From NCBI RefSeq assembly GCF_006345805.1, contig NW_021829023.1, positions 1-7,006 of the forward strand: a DNA stretch of 7,006 bases, read 5' to 3'. This DNA comes from Octopus sinensis (taxonomy: Eukaryota). The position numbers and the translations under genes are program-made. Under the pieces are notes generated by a model. That model worked only from the letters and a program-made list of their open reading frames with translations. It made no database searches and was not told the origin of the DNA. This document shows positions 1 to 6,794 of the stretch, one piece after another. Numbering within the stretch: position 1 is the first letter of the stretch; each line of letters starts with the position of its first letter.

Positions 1-202
1 TTCACCAAGTAGTGTTCAGTATGTAAAAGGACCATTTAAGGCGTATTCAAATATTATCTTATATAATTAGGGCTTAGTAAAATAAATTACTTACCCACAT
101 ACTGAACTTTCTAGAAATAGCAGCCAAAAAGTTTTTTAGCCATTTCCGCTACTTTAAGAATAATTCTCCCAGATAATGTTTACTCAAAAATAACTCACGA
201 AG

Positions 203-204
<2 letters not shown>
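1..204 (-). repeat. Structured interspersed-repeat fragment related to the hammerhead-carrying segment at 440-666 (possibly a Penelope-like pLTR); runs off the window edge
   Basis: The minus strand shares TGGCTGCTATTT (115-126 vs 614-625) and CCCTAATT (65-72 vs 651-658) with the 440-666 segment, in the same order. There is an 11-bp inverted repeat GTTCAGTATGT/ACATACTGAAC (14-24/97-107). It ends at a (TA)n tract. Family assignment is inference. Confidence 0.3.

Positions 205-234
<30 letters not shown>
205..234. repeat. (TA)n microsatellite
   Basis: Perfect TA run seen directly. Confidence 0.97.
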
Positions 235-236
<2 letters not shown>

Positions 237-383
237 ACATACGGATACTTACATAGACGAACGTATACCTACATATATATGCAGGTATGCATCATGGCCA
301 GTTCAAAATGCCCGCTTCTTAATTCCATGTGAGATATGGTCAAAATATCGCCGCAGTAAATACAGTGACGAAATAAATTTTCT

Positions 384-420
384 TATGTTGAGTATTCGTA
401 TGTTAAGTATTCGTATGTTG
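384..420. repeat. 15-bp tandem repeat, about 2.5 copies
   Basis: TATGTTGAGTATTCG / TATGTTAAGTATTCG / TATGTTG. Confidence 0.9.
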
Positions 421-439
421 CATTTATATATATATATGT

Positions 440-666
440 ATTTATGTTTATCTTCTGTGTGTATTCTACTGACGAGGCAAAGCATTCATAAATGCAAAGT
501 CAGAAATCCGGTATCTAGAATTATCCAGTAATTTTTTACTAGTTTCATCTTGTCTCTTAGTTTTCTCTCCGTGTTGATATATGGACAATTATGGTGGTTT
601 TAGAGTCAGATCATGGCTGCTATTTTCAGCATGGTGGTATCTCGTAGATACCCTAATTTATATATA
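440..666 (+). mobile_element. Short non-coding hammerhead-bearing repeat (Penelope-like pLTR or retrozyme-like fragment)
   Basis: About 225 bp between TA-rich tracts. It contains the hammerhead motif, a T-rich stretch, the TGGCTGCTATTT motif and a terminal hairpin GGTATCT-cgt-AGATACC (636-652). Boundaries are approximate. Confidence 0.4.
463..521 (+). ncRNA. Minimal type I hammerhead ribozyme motif (slightly degenerate)
   Basis: Stem I AUUCUA (463-468)/UAGAAU (516-521); core CUGACGA (469-475); stem II GGC/GUC extended by GCAUU-caua-AAUGC; GAAA (503-506); very short stem III with near-palindromic AUCCGGUAU; AUC cleavage triplet (513-515). One extra A (502) before GAAA departs from consensus. 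Confidence 0.7.
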
Positions 667-668
667 GC

Positions 669-996
669 TCTGAGCACATTTACAAACTCCACCTGTCTAA
701 CACCCGTGGACATGTTTACTAAGTCAGAAAACAGCACAGCTCCCATGACTTTCGGAAACTTTTTTACCCACTGAGAGTTGTCGGAGCACTGCATCCTTCA
801 AAACTTCCATGCTTCCGGAAATTCGCCAACACTACACCTGATCTTTCTCCCCTCCATACACACGCAAGCATGTATCTGACTCACACACTGTTCACATCCC
901 AGACATTTGTACATTACTGCATATACTTTATACGCACTTTTGAAAAGTTGTGGTGAACTCAAGCACTGTATATAATAATTTCATTATTATTATTAT
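669..996 (+). mobile_element. 5'-truncated CR1-clade LINE: degenerate ORF2 C-terminus, 3' UTR and (ATT)n tail
   Basis: 669-779 translates as SEHIYKLHLSNTRGHVY*VRKQHSSHDFRKLFYPLRV, then in another frame SCRSTASFKTSMLPEIRQHYT* (stop 839-841). This fits the CR1 ORF2 end pattern TRGHxxK...R..FF..RV...(WNxLP)...S...FK. In-frame stop at 720-722; WNxLP block missing; tail CATTATTATTATTAT at 982-996. Confidence 0.8.
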
Positions 997-998
997 AT

Positions 999-1694
999 GA
1001 CTACAGATCCAATTCGTCACTGGAACTGTAAAAATCTGTAAAACTTTCCAGAAGTTTATCATTTAAATATATATGAGCACGTCTAGATATGCAAGTATAT
1101 GCATGAGAATACATACATAAAACAAAACATACAAGTCTGTAAACATTCATACATACCCTGTTGATGTAGCAAAAATTCCAGTGAAGGAGTCTTAGATCTA
1201 GGTTAGAAACCGGCTCTTTCTCTATTAGCAAGAAATCTTGAAATAAAACTGAACAATGACATACATACATACATACATACATACATACATACATACATAC
1301 ATACATACTACATACATGCCTAAATACCAGTGGTGAGAAATTAGGCTTCTCAGAAAGGAGAAAGCTAATTCGAAGACTACCGATCCAATCCATCACTGGA
1401 ACTGTAAAAATCTGTAAAACTTTCCAGAAGTTTAGCATTTAGGTATATATTAGCATGTCTAGATATGCAACTATATGCATGAGAATACATACATAAAACA
1501 AAACATACAAATCTGCACATATACATACATGCATACATACATACAAAAATACCCCATTGTTGATGTTGAAATTCCAATGAAGGAACCTTGAAACTAGGTT
1601 AGAAACCGGCTCTTTCTCTATTGGCGGGAAATCTTGAAATAAAACTGAACAATGGCACCCTTACATATATATATACATGCATACATACATACAT

Positions 1695-1725
<31 letters not shown>

Positions 1726-2166
1726 TACATACATACATACAAACACACATACAAACATACATACATGTATACATACATACATACATACATACATACAAAA
1801 ATACCCTGTTGGTGATGGTGAAATTCCAATGAAGGAACCTTAGATCTAGGTTAGAAGCGGCTCTTTCTCTGTTAGCAAGAAATCTTGAAATGAAACTGAA
1901 TAATGACATACATACATACACACACATACATACATACATACATACATTATACATACATACATATATACATACATATATACATACATACATACATACATAC
2001 ACACATACATACACATACATACATACATACATAACACACATACACACATACATACATACATACATAACATACATACATACATACATACACACATACATAT
2101 ATACATACATACATACACACACACATACATGGATACATACATACATACATACATACATACATACAC

Positions 2167-2199
<33 letters not shown>

Positions 2200-2352
2200 C
2201 ATACATACATACACACATACATACATACATACATACATACACACATACATACATACATACATACATACAAACGTACATACATACATACATACATACATAC
2301 ATACATACATACACACATACATACATACATACATACATACATACATACACAC
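999..2352 (-). mobile_element. Tandemly repeated microsatellite-containing element, probably non-autonomous Helitron/Helentron (HINE-like)
   Basis: Direct repeat with 376-bp period (GACTAC at 999 and 1375). A ~110-bp core occurs three times (~1153-1260, ~1545-1657, ~1796-1908), each adjoining (TACA)n, with (GACA)n at ~1696-1724. A 13-bp imperfect hairpin (1339-1370) lies 8 nt before CTGG-T on the minus strand (1330-1326). The repeat structure is certain; the class is inference. Confidence 0.5.
1907..2352. repeat. Long compound (TACA)n/(CA)n microsatellite, about 445 bp
   Basis: Seen directly; source of the MYVC/YIHT pseudo-ORFs. Confidence 0.97.
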
Positions 2353-2500
2353 ATTCAACTTATAATGAAGAAACATGTACACGTGTGTTTTGTTGTAGCT
2401 TAGTCTTCTTAACTCAACACGAGTACAGTAATATTCATACAATGTCCTCATTTCCTTTATTACTAAATGAACATGTGCAAAAAATAGGTCACTCTGCATA

Positions 2501-2660
2501 TTTTTCTTCTCTCTTTCTCTCTCTTTCTTTTTCTTTTGTCTTGTTTTGTTCCTTCTACTTTCTTTGCATCTTATTGTTATTGTTGTTATTGTTGCTGTGT
2601 TACTTTGTTCATTTTTGCTGTCGCTTTTTTCCCCATCTGCGTTGCTGTTCTTTCCGCGCC
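2501..2660 (+). other. Pyrimidine/T-rich low-complexity tract with no AG dinucleotide
   Basis: (CT)n, then (TTG/TTA)n and T-rich sequence. No AG between 2488 and 2662. Confidence 0.8.
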
Positions 2661-2999
2661 CGAGTGTAAGTGTGAAAAGGAGATGAACTTTGTGCATGCA
2701 AGCGTGAATGTGTGAGTCTGTTTATGTGCTTCTGGTGCAAAGGATGCCTGTCTGTGTGTGTGCGCGTTTGAGTACATCTGTGCATGAATGTGTAGGTGTG
2801 TGTGAAGGCGACATGCATGCATATATGTATGTATATATGTATGTAGGAACGTATGTATAACTTATATTTGAATAGATGTACGTCGATGAGAGATTGCGTG
2901 GGAGTATGCGTGCCTAAAGGCATGTGTGTAGAAGATATTGTGTATATCAGTTGTGTGTGTGTGTGTCTGAGTGTGTGTCTGAGTGTGTATCTGTGTGTG

Positions 3000-3265
3000 T
3001 GTGTGTATGACTGAAAAAATGCATGAATTGGCATATATGCACGTATGTATATAGATTGCATGTATATATAATTACACACACACACATATATATGTATGTA
3101 TTGCATAGTATATATATGCGTGTATAAGTGCGTGCGTGTATGTGTGTATGACTGAAAAAAGGCATGAATTGGTATATATGCACGTATGTATATAGATCGC
3201 ATGTATATATATTTACACACACATAATATATATGTATGTATTGCATAGTATATATACGCGTGTGC
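3000..3265. repeat. Tandem duplication of about 140 bp inside purine-pyrimidine alternating low-complexity DNA (~2690-3305)
   Basis: GACTGAAAAAA at 3009 and 3150; TTGCATAGTA at 3101 and 3241; the intervening sequences align closely. Confidence 0.9.
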
Positions 3266-3488
3266 GTGTGTTGCGTATGTGCGTATGTGTGTGTGTGAGA
3301 GAGAGAACGTGGGACTGGATTAGTGATTCAGTACTTGCATTTGTATGAATTCCTGTTTGTGTGTTTGTGGTTTGTATGTGTGTGGAAGCCACTCTACAAA
3401 TTCAAATCATTTAATCAGTCAGCTACAATGTTGATGCCGTTGATGTTGCTATTTTAGTTCTTCTTAGTTGTCTCACTTTCACCCTCCT

Positions 3489-3530
3489 TACACACACACA
3501 CATAAATACATACATACATACATACATACA

Positions 3531-3561
<31 letters not shown>

Positions 3562-3587
3562 TATATATATATATATATATATATATA
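3489..3587. repeat. Compound (CA)n-(TACA)n-(TA)n microsatellite
   Basis: Seen directly. Confidence 0.97.
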
Positions 3588-3689
3588 GGTAAAAACGGTA
3601 AGATAACAAAAGAAAGAAGAGACCTTAATATTATGTAAATAGACGAAATTTATCTGTAAATTAATATATATATATATATATATTAAAAT

Positions 3690-3873
3690 CATATGACTTA
3701 TATATATATCATATATAAATATTATTTGAGACAAAACCACTATTTTGCAAAACAAACAAGGAAGACTTAATCAATACATAAATTTTAATATAGTCAAAAA
3801 AAACCGCCACTACAATCGTTTCTTGTCTTGATCGACAATCTTCAGGTGACTTCCAATAATTCAGTTACAAATT

Positions 3874-3876
<3 letters not shown>
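3690..3876 (-). mobile_element. Short non-coding hammerhead-bearing repeat (Penelope-like pLTR or retrozyme-like fragment)
   Basis: Segment between (TA)n tracts that contains the hammerhead followed, on the minus strand, by a T-rich stretch. Same layout as 440-666 but no evident sequence similarity. Boundaries are approximate. Confidence 0.4.
3806..3850 (-). ncRNA. Minimal type I hammerhead ribozyme
   Basis: Minus strand reads GUCAC-CUGAAGA-UUGUC-gaucaa-GACAA-GAAA-C-gauu-GUA-GUGGC. Stem I is 5 bp (one G-U), the CUGANGA and GAAA cores are intact, stem II is a perfect 5 bp, stem III is 2 bp, and the cleavage triplet is GUA (predicted cut between 3811 and 3810). Confidence 0.85.
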
Positions 3877-3906
<30 letters not shown>

Positions 3907-3910
<4 letters not shown>

Positions 3911-4078
3911 TCTGTGTGTCTGTCTCTGTGTCTTCTAGGATCTCGGGCATCCTCCTTCCGATTGCGCTCAAATTTGATATATAGATACCGACGGTATCAG
4001 GGCGTGTATAAGTCTTGAAAAAATTACAAAAATCGATTGCAGGTAAGAATGCGTTCCATAAAACCGTGGGAACGTACA
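3907..4078 (+). mobile_element. Probable non-autonomous Helitron-type repeat fragment
   Basis: Follows (TA)n. A GTCT/GTGT-rich stretch is followed by CCGATT-gcgctc-AAATTTG, resembling the CCGATT...AAATTTG block of DINE-1/Lep1-type elements. Palindrome GATACCG-a-CGGTATC (3984-3998); hairpin CGTTCC/GGAACG (~4052-4074). No clear termini. Confidence 0.45.
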
Positions 4079-4086
4079 TTTGTCCT

Positions 4087-4197
4087 GCATCGTCGAAAAT
4101 AGAAATGCAAAGATCCTATGGGATTTTATGATTCAGTGCGACCATGAGATAGAGAATAGGAAGCCAGACATAATCTTAATTGAGAAAAAAAAACTAT
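4087..4197 (+). mobile_element. R4/Dong-clade non-LTR retrotransposon fragment: start of the restriction-like endonuclease domain, inverted relative to 4198-4849
   Basis: IVENRNAKILWDFMIQCDHEIENRKPDIILIEKK contains the ILWD and RKPD (4158-4169) motifs of PD-(D/E)xK RLE domains. Confidence 0.85.
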
Positions 4198-4849
4198 ATC
4201 TTATATTCCTTCTCTTATATTCCTCCTGGGCTAGTGGCGTACATTGGCTGTTAATATGCCATACGGTTTCACCGTTTGTCCACAGATTCTGCACTTATCA
4301 CTTTCTGATGTGTTGTCTGCTCTGTATTTTACGTAGTTTGTTCTTAGTGCTTGCTCTTGGGCAGCACAGATTAGAGCCCCCGTTTCTGGTTTTAAATCAC
4401 TTTTAGTCATTTACAACCATATTTTTTCTCTGCCTGTCTTATCTTCAACATCCCTATGAAATTGTCCATGCATTCTTTTCTTTACCCACCTATTTTCAGT
4501 TTCATTCATTTTCAAGTCCTTGTACAGTGCTTTATCTTTGCAATCTTTCATCCTACACAAGCCTGACCTTCCTACTTCTAATAATAGCGGTTCTGCGGTA
4601 TTTTTTACATACCATGCTATGTTGTTTTCTTTTGCTCTAATGCTGTGTTCGCATCCAATCAGTCCTCTTCCTTCTCTTTTCCTTGGTATATACAGTCTGT
4701 CTGTGTCACTTTTTGGGGTGGAGTATCCCATATCTAGTTAGCAACTTCCTTGTCTTTTCGTCTTAGCTGTTTAGTTCGTCTACTGTCCATGCGATTACCC
4801 CTGCTCTATATCTAAGGAGTGAAACCACCCAGGTATTGATACCTTCGAT
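4198..4849 (-). mobile_element. R4/Dong-clade non-LTR retrotransposon relic: RT thumb/linker to CCHC zinc knuckle
   Basis: Minus-strand translation INTWVVSLLRYRAGVIAWTVDELNS*DEKTRKLLTRYGILHP / KSDTDRLYIPRKREGRGL...KRMHGQF...IWL*MTKSDLKPETGALICAAQEQALRTNY...KCRICGQ / GETVWHINSQCTPLAQEEYKRR. Two stops and two frameshifts (~4715, ~4277), so non-functional. Confidence 0.88.
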
Positions 4850-4915
4850 TATTATTATTATTTTTTTTCCTTCTTTCTTCAAATTTTCCTCCGTTTTCGA
4901 CGAGTCTTTTCCGTA

Positions 4916-4916
4916 C

Positions 4917-4973
<57 letters not shown>

Positions 4974-4981
4974 TACTACTA

Positions 4982-5045
<64 letters not shown>
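4916..5045. repeat. (ATT)n microsatellite of about 130 bp with an (ACT) interruption
   Basis: Seen directly; a shorter (ATT)n lies at 4848-4860. Confidence 0.97.
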
Positions 5046-5277
5046 GCGAGCTGGCAGAATCGTTAGCACGCCAGGCAAAATGCTTTGCGGCATTTAGTCC
5101 GTCTTTATGTTCTGAGTTCAAATTCTGCCAAGGTCGACTTTGCCTTTCATCCTTTCGGGGTCAATAAAATGAGTACCAGCTGAGTACTGAGGTCGATGTA
5201 ATCGACTAGGCCCCTTCCTCCAAAGTTTCAGGCTTGTGCCTATCGTAGAAAGGATTATTATTATTATCATTATTATA
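5046..5277 (+). mobile_element. tRNA-derived SINE, family A (Meta/MESC-like central domain), near full length with (ATT)n tail
   Basis: A-box-like TGGCAGAATCG (5052-5062) and B-box-like GTTCAAATTC (5116-5125). The central GCCTTTCATCCTTTCGGGGTC..AAAATGAGTACCAG resembles the Meta/MESC SINE domain. Tail at 5254-5277. Three more homologous bodies lie at 5617-6221. Confidence 0.85.
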
Positions 5278-5440
5278 GGTGTAGGAGTGGCTGTGTGGTA
5301 AGTAGCTTGCATACCAACCACATGGTTCCGGGTTCAGTCCCACTGCGTGGCACCTTAGGCAAGTGTCTTCTACTATAGCCTCGGGCGACCAAACCCTTGT
5401 GAGTGGATTTGGTAGACGGAAACTGAAAGAAGCCCGTCGT
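5278..5440 (+). mobile_element. tRNA-derived SINE, family B, 5' half (CORE-like motif)
   Basis: A box TGGCTGTGTGG (5288-5298), B box GGTTCAGTCCC (5331-5341), and CCTTAGGCAAGT similar to CORE-SINE CCTTGGGCAAGT. It breaks off at (TA)n. 5410-5444 matches the reverse complement of 6760-6794. Confidence 0.8.
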
Positions 5441-5551
5441 ATATATATATATATATATATATAACGGGAAGCTTTATGAAAATAAACAAAAGACGAAGGC
5501 AGGTGGAAAACATATATATATATACAGGTATATATATATATGTATACATTA

Positions 5552-5587
<36 letters not shown>

Positions 5588-5600
5588 TGTATGTATGCGT
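5440..5600. repeat. (TA)n and (TATG)n microsatellites around a ~47-bp purine-rich insert (5464-5510)
   Basis: Seen directly. Confidence 0.9.
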
Positions 5601-5616
5601 GTGTTCTTGCAATACG

Positions 5617-6221
5617 TACCTATCTCTTTACTACCCACAAAGGACTAAACACAGAGAGGACAAACAAGGACAGACAAACGGATTAAGTCGATTACATCGA
5701 CCCCAGTTCGTAACTGGTACTTATTTAATCGACCCCGAAAGGATAAAAGGCAAAGTCGACCTCGGCGGAATTTGAACTCAGAACGTAGCGGCAGGCGAAA
5801 TACCTATTTCTTTACTACCCATAAGGGGCTAAACACAGAGAGGACAAACAAGGACAGACAAAGGAATTAAGTCGATTATATCGACCCCAGTGCGTAACTG
5901 GTACTTATTTAATCGACCCCGAAAGGATGAAAGGCAAAGTCGACCTCGACGGAATTTGAACTCAGAACGTAAAGACAGACGAAATACGTATTTCTTTACT
6001 ACCCACAAGGGGCTAAACATAGAGGGGACAAACAAGGACAGACATAGGTATTAAGTCGATTACATCGACCCCAGTGCGTAACTGGTGCTTAATTTATCGA
6101 CCCCGAAAGGATGAAAGGCAAAGTCCGACCTCGGCGGAATTTGAACTCAGAACGCAGCGGTTGACGAAATATCGCTAAGCATTTCGCCCGGCTGCTAACG
6201 ATTCTGCCAGCTCGCCGCCTT
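5617..6221 (-). mobile_element. SINE family A: one tRNA-like head followed by three tandem ~184-bp body+tail units
   Basis: TAT(T/C)TCTTTACTACCCA recurs at 5621, 5805 and 5989. Each unit holds the B box and Meta-like domain. The A-box head (~6173-6221) occurs once and matches 5046-5090. Confidence 0.9.
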
Positions 6222-6412
6222 CCAAGAGAGAAGCTATCTGGTTGGTTCATCAGCCATGCGTGAAATAGATGTGTGACCCGTTTTCCTTTCATGAAGGCAG
6301 TTTAAAAATTGAACAACGAAGTATTAGATGCGTTTATTTAAACGTTCTATGCAGCAACACAATGGCTGTTGTCAGATCGGAAATGTTGACAGGCAGCTTA
6401 GCTTCTCATCCA

Positions 6413-6500
6413 TTATATATATGTGTGTGAGTGCATGCGTGTGTGTGTGTGCGTGTGTGTGTGTGTGTGGTGTGTATATGTGTGTGTGTATGTGTGTGTG
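6413..6500. repeat. (TA)n/(TG)n compound microsatellite
   Basis: Seen directly. Confidence 0.95.
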
Positions 6501-6502
6501 TC

Positions 6503-6794
6503 TTCTCTTTTCTCTTTACTCTTTTACTTGTTTCAGTCATTCGACTGCGGCCATGCTGGAGCACCGCCTTTTAGTCGAGTAAATCGAACCCCAGGACTTA
6601 TTCTTTGTAAGCCTAGTACTTATTCTGTCGGTGTATTATGCCGAACCGCAAGGTTACGGGGACGTAAACACACCAGCATCGGTTGTCAAGCGATGTTCGC
6701 GGGTGGGGGGACAAACACAGACACACAAACATATACACACACATACATATAAATATACATATATACGATGGGCTTCTTTCAGTTTCCGTCTACC
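6503..6794 (-). mobile_element. SINE family B, 3' half (internal TA/TG microsatellite, body, purine-rich tandem tail)
   Basis: 6760-6794 is the reverse complement of 5410-5444 with one mismatch. The minus strand ends ...CCAGCATGGCCGCAGTCGAATGACTGAAACAAGTAAAAGAGTAAAGAGAAAAGAGA, a short-repeat tail typical of retroposed elements. Confidence 0.75.

Noticed and set aside
67-656. TTAGGG/CCCTAA telomeric hexamers (67-72, 651-656)
   Set aside because: Single copies only, so no telomeric array is supported.
999-1400. The 376-bp tandem unit as a retrozyme
   Set aside because: The size fits, but neither strand has a CUGANGA core (only GUGACGA/GUGAUGG) and no hammerhead fold is evident.
1001-3246. Long ORFs of 100-283 aa (MYVC/YIHT/HT repeats)
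   Set aside because: They are translations of stop-free (TACA)n/(CA)n microsatellites, open in several frames on both strands, with no domain signal.
4080-4731. ORFs 4080-4406 (+) and 4411-4731 (-) as functional genes
   Set aside because: They are pieces of a retrotransposon ORF broken by stops, frameshifts and an inversion; the + ORF runs into antisense sequence after about 4197.
4812-5093. Poly-N/I/Y ORFs
   Set aside because: Translations of the (ATT)n tract.
5046-5345. tRNA genes suggested by A and B boxes
   Set aside because: No cloverleaf or acceptor stem; the boxes are SINE heads continuing into SINE bodies.
5617-6170. CRISPR-like array
   Set aside because: Contiguous 184-bp units without unique spacers, in eukaryotic repeat context with no cas genes.
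6247-6253. CTGATGA on the minus strand as a third hammerhead core
   Set aside because: No stem II, GAAA or NUH plus stem I partner follows before the SINE head.
6228-6407. 9-bp inverted repeat GAGAAGCTA/TAGCTTCTC as MITE termini
   Set aside because: Short, with no target-site duplication and no second copy in the window; compatible with chance.
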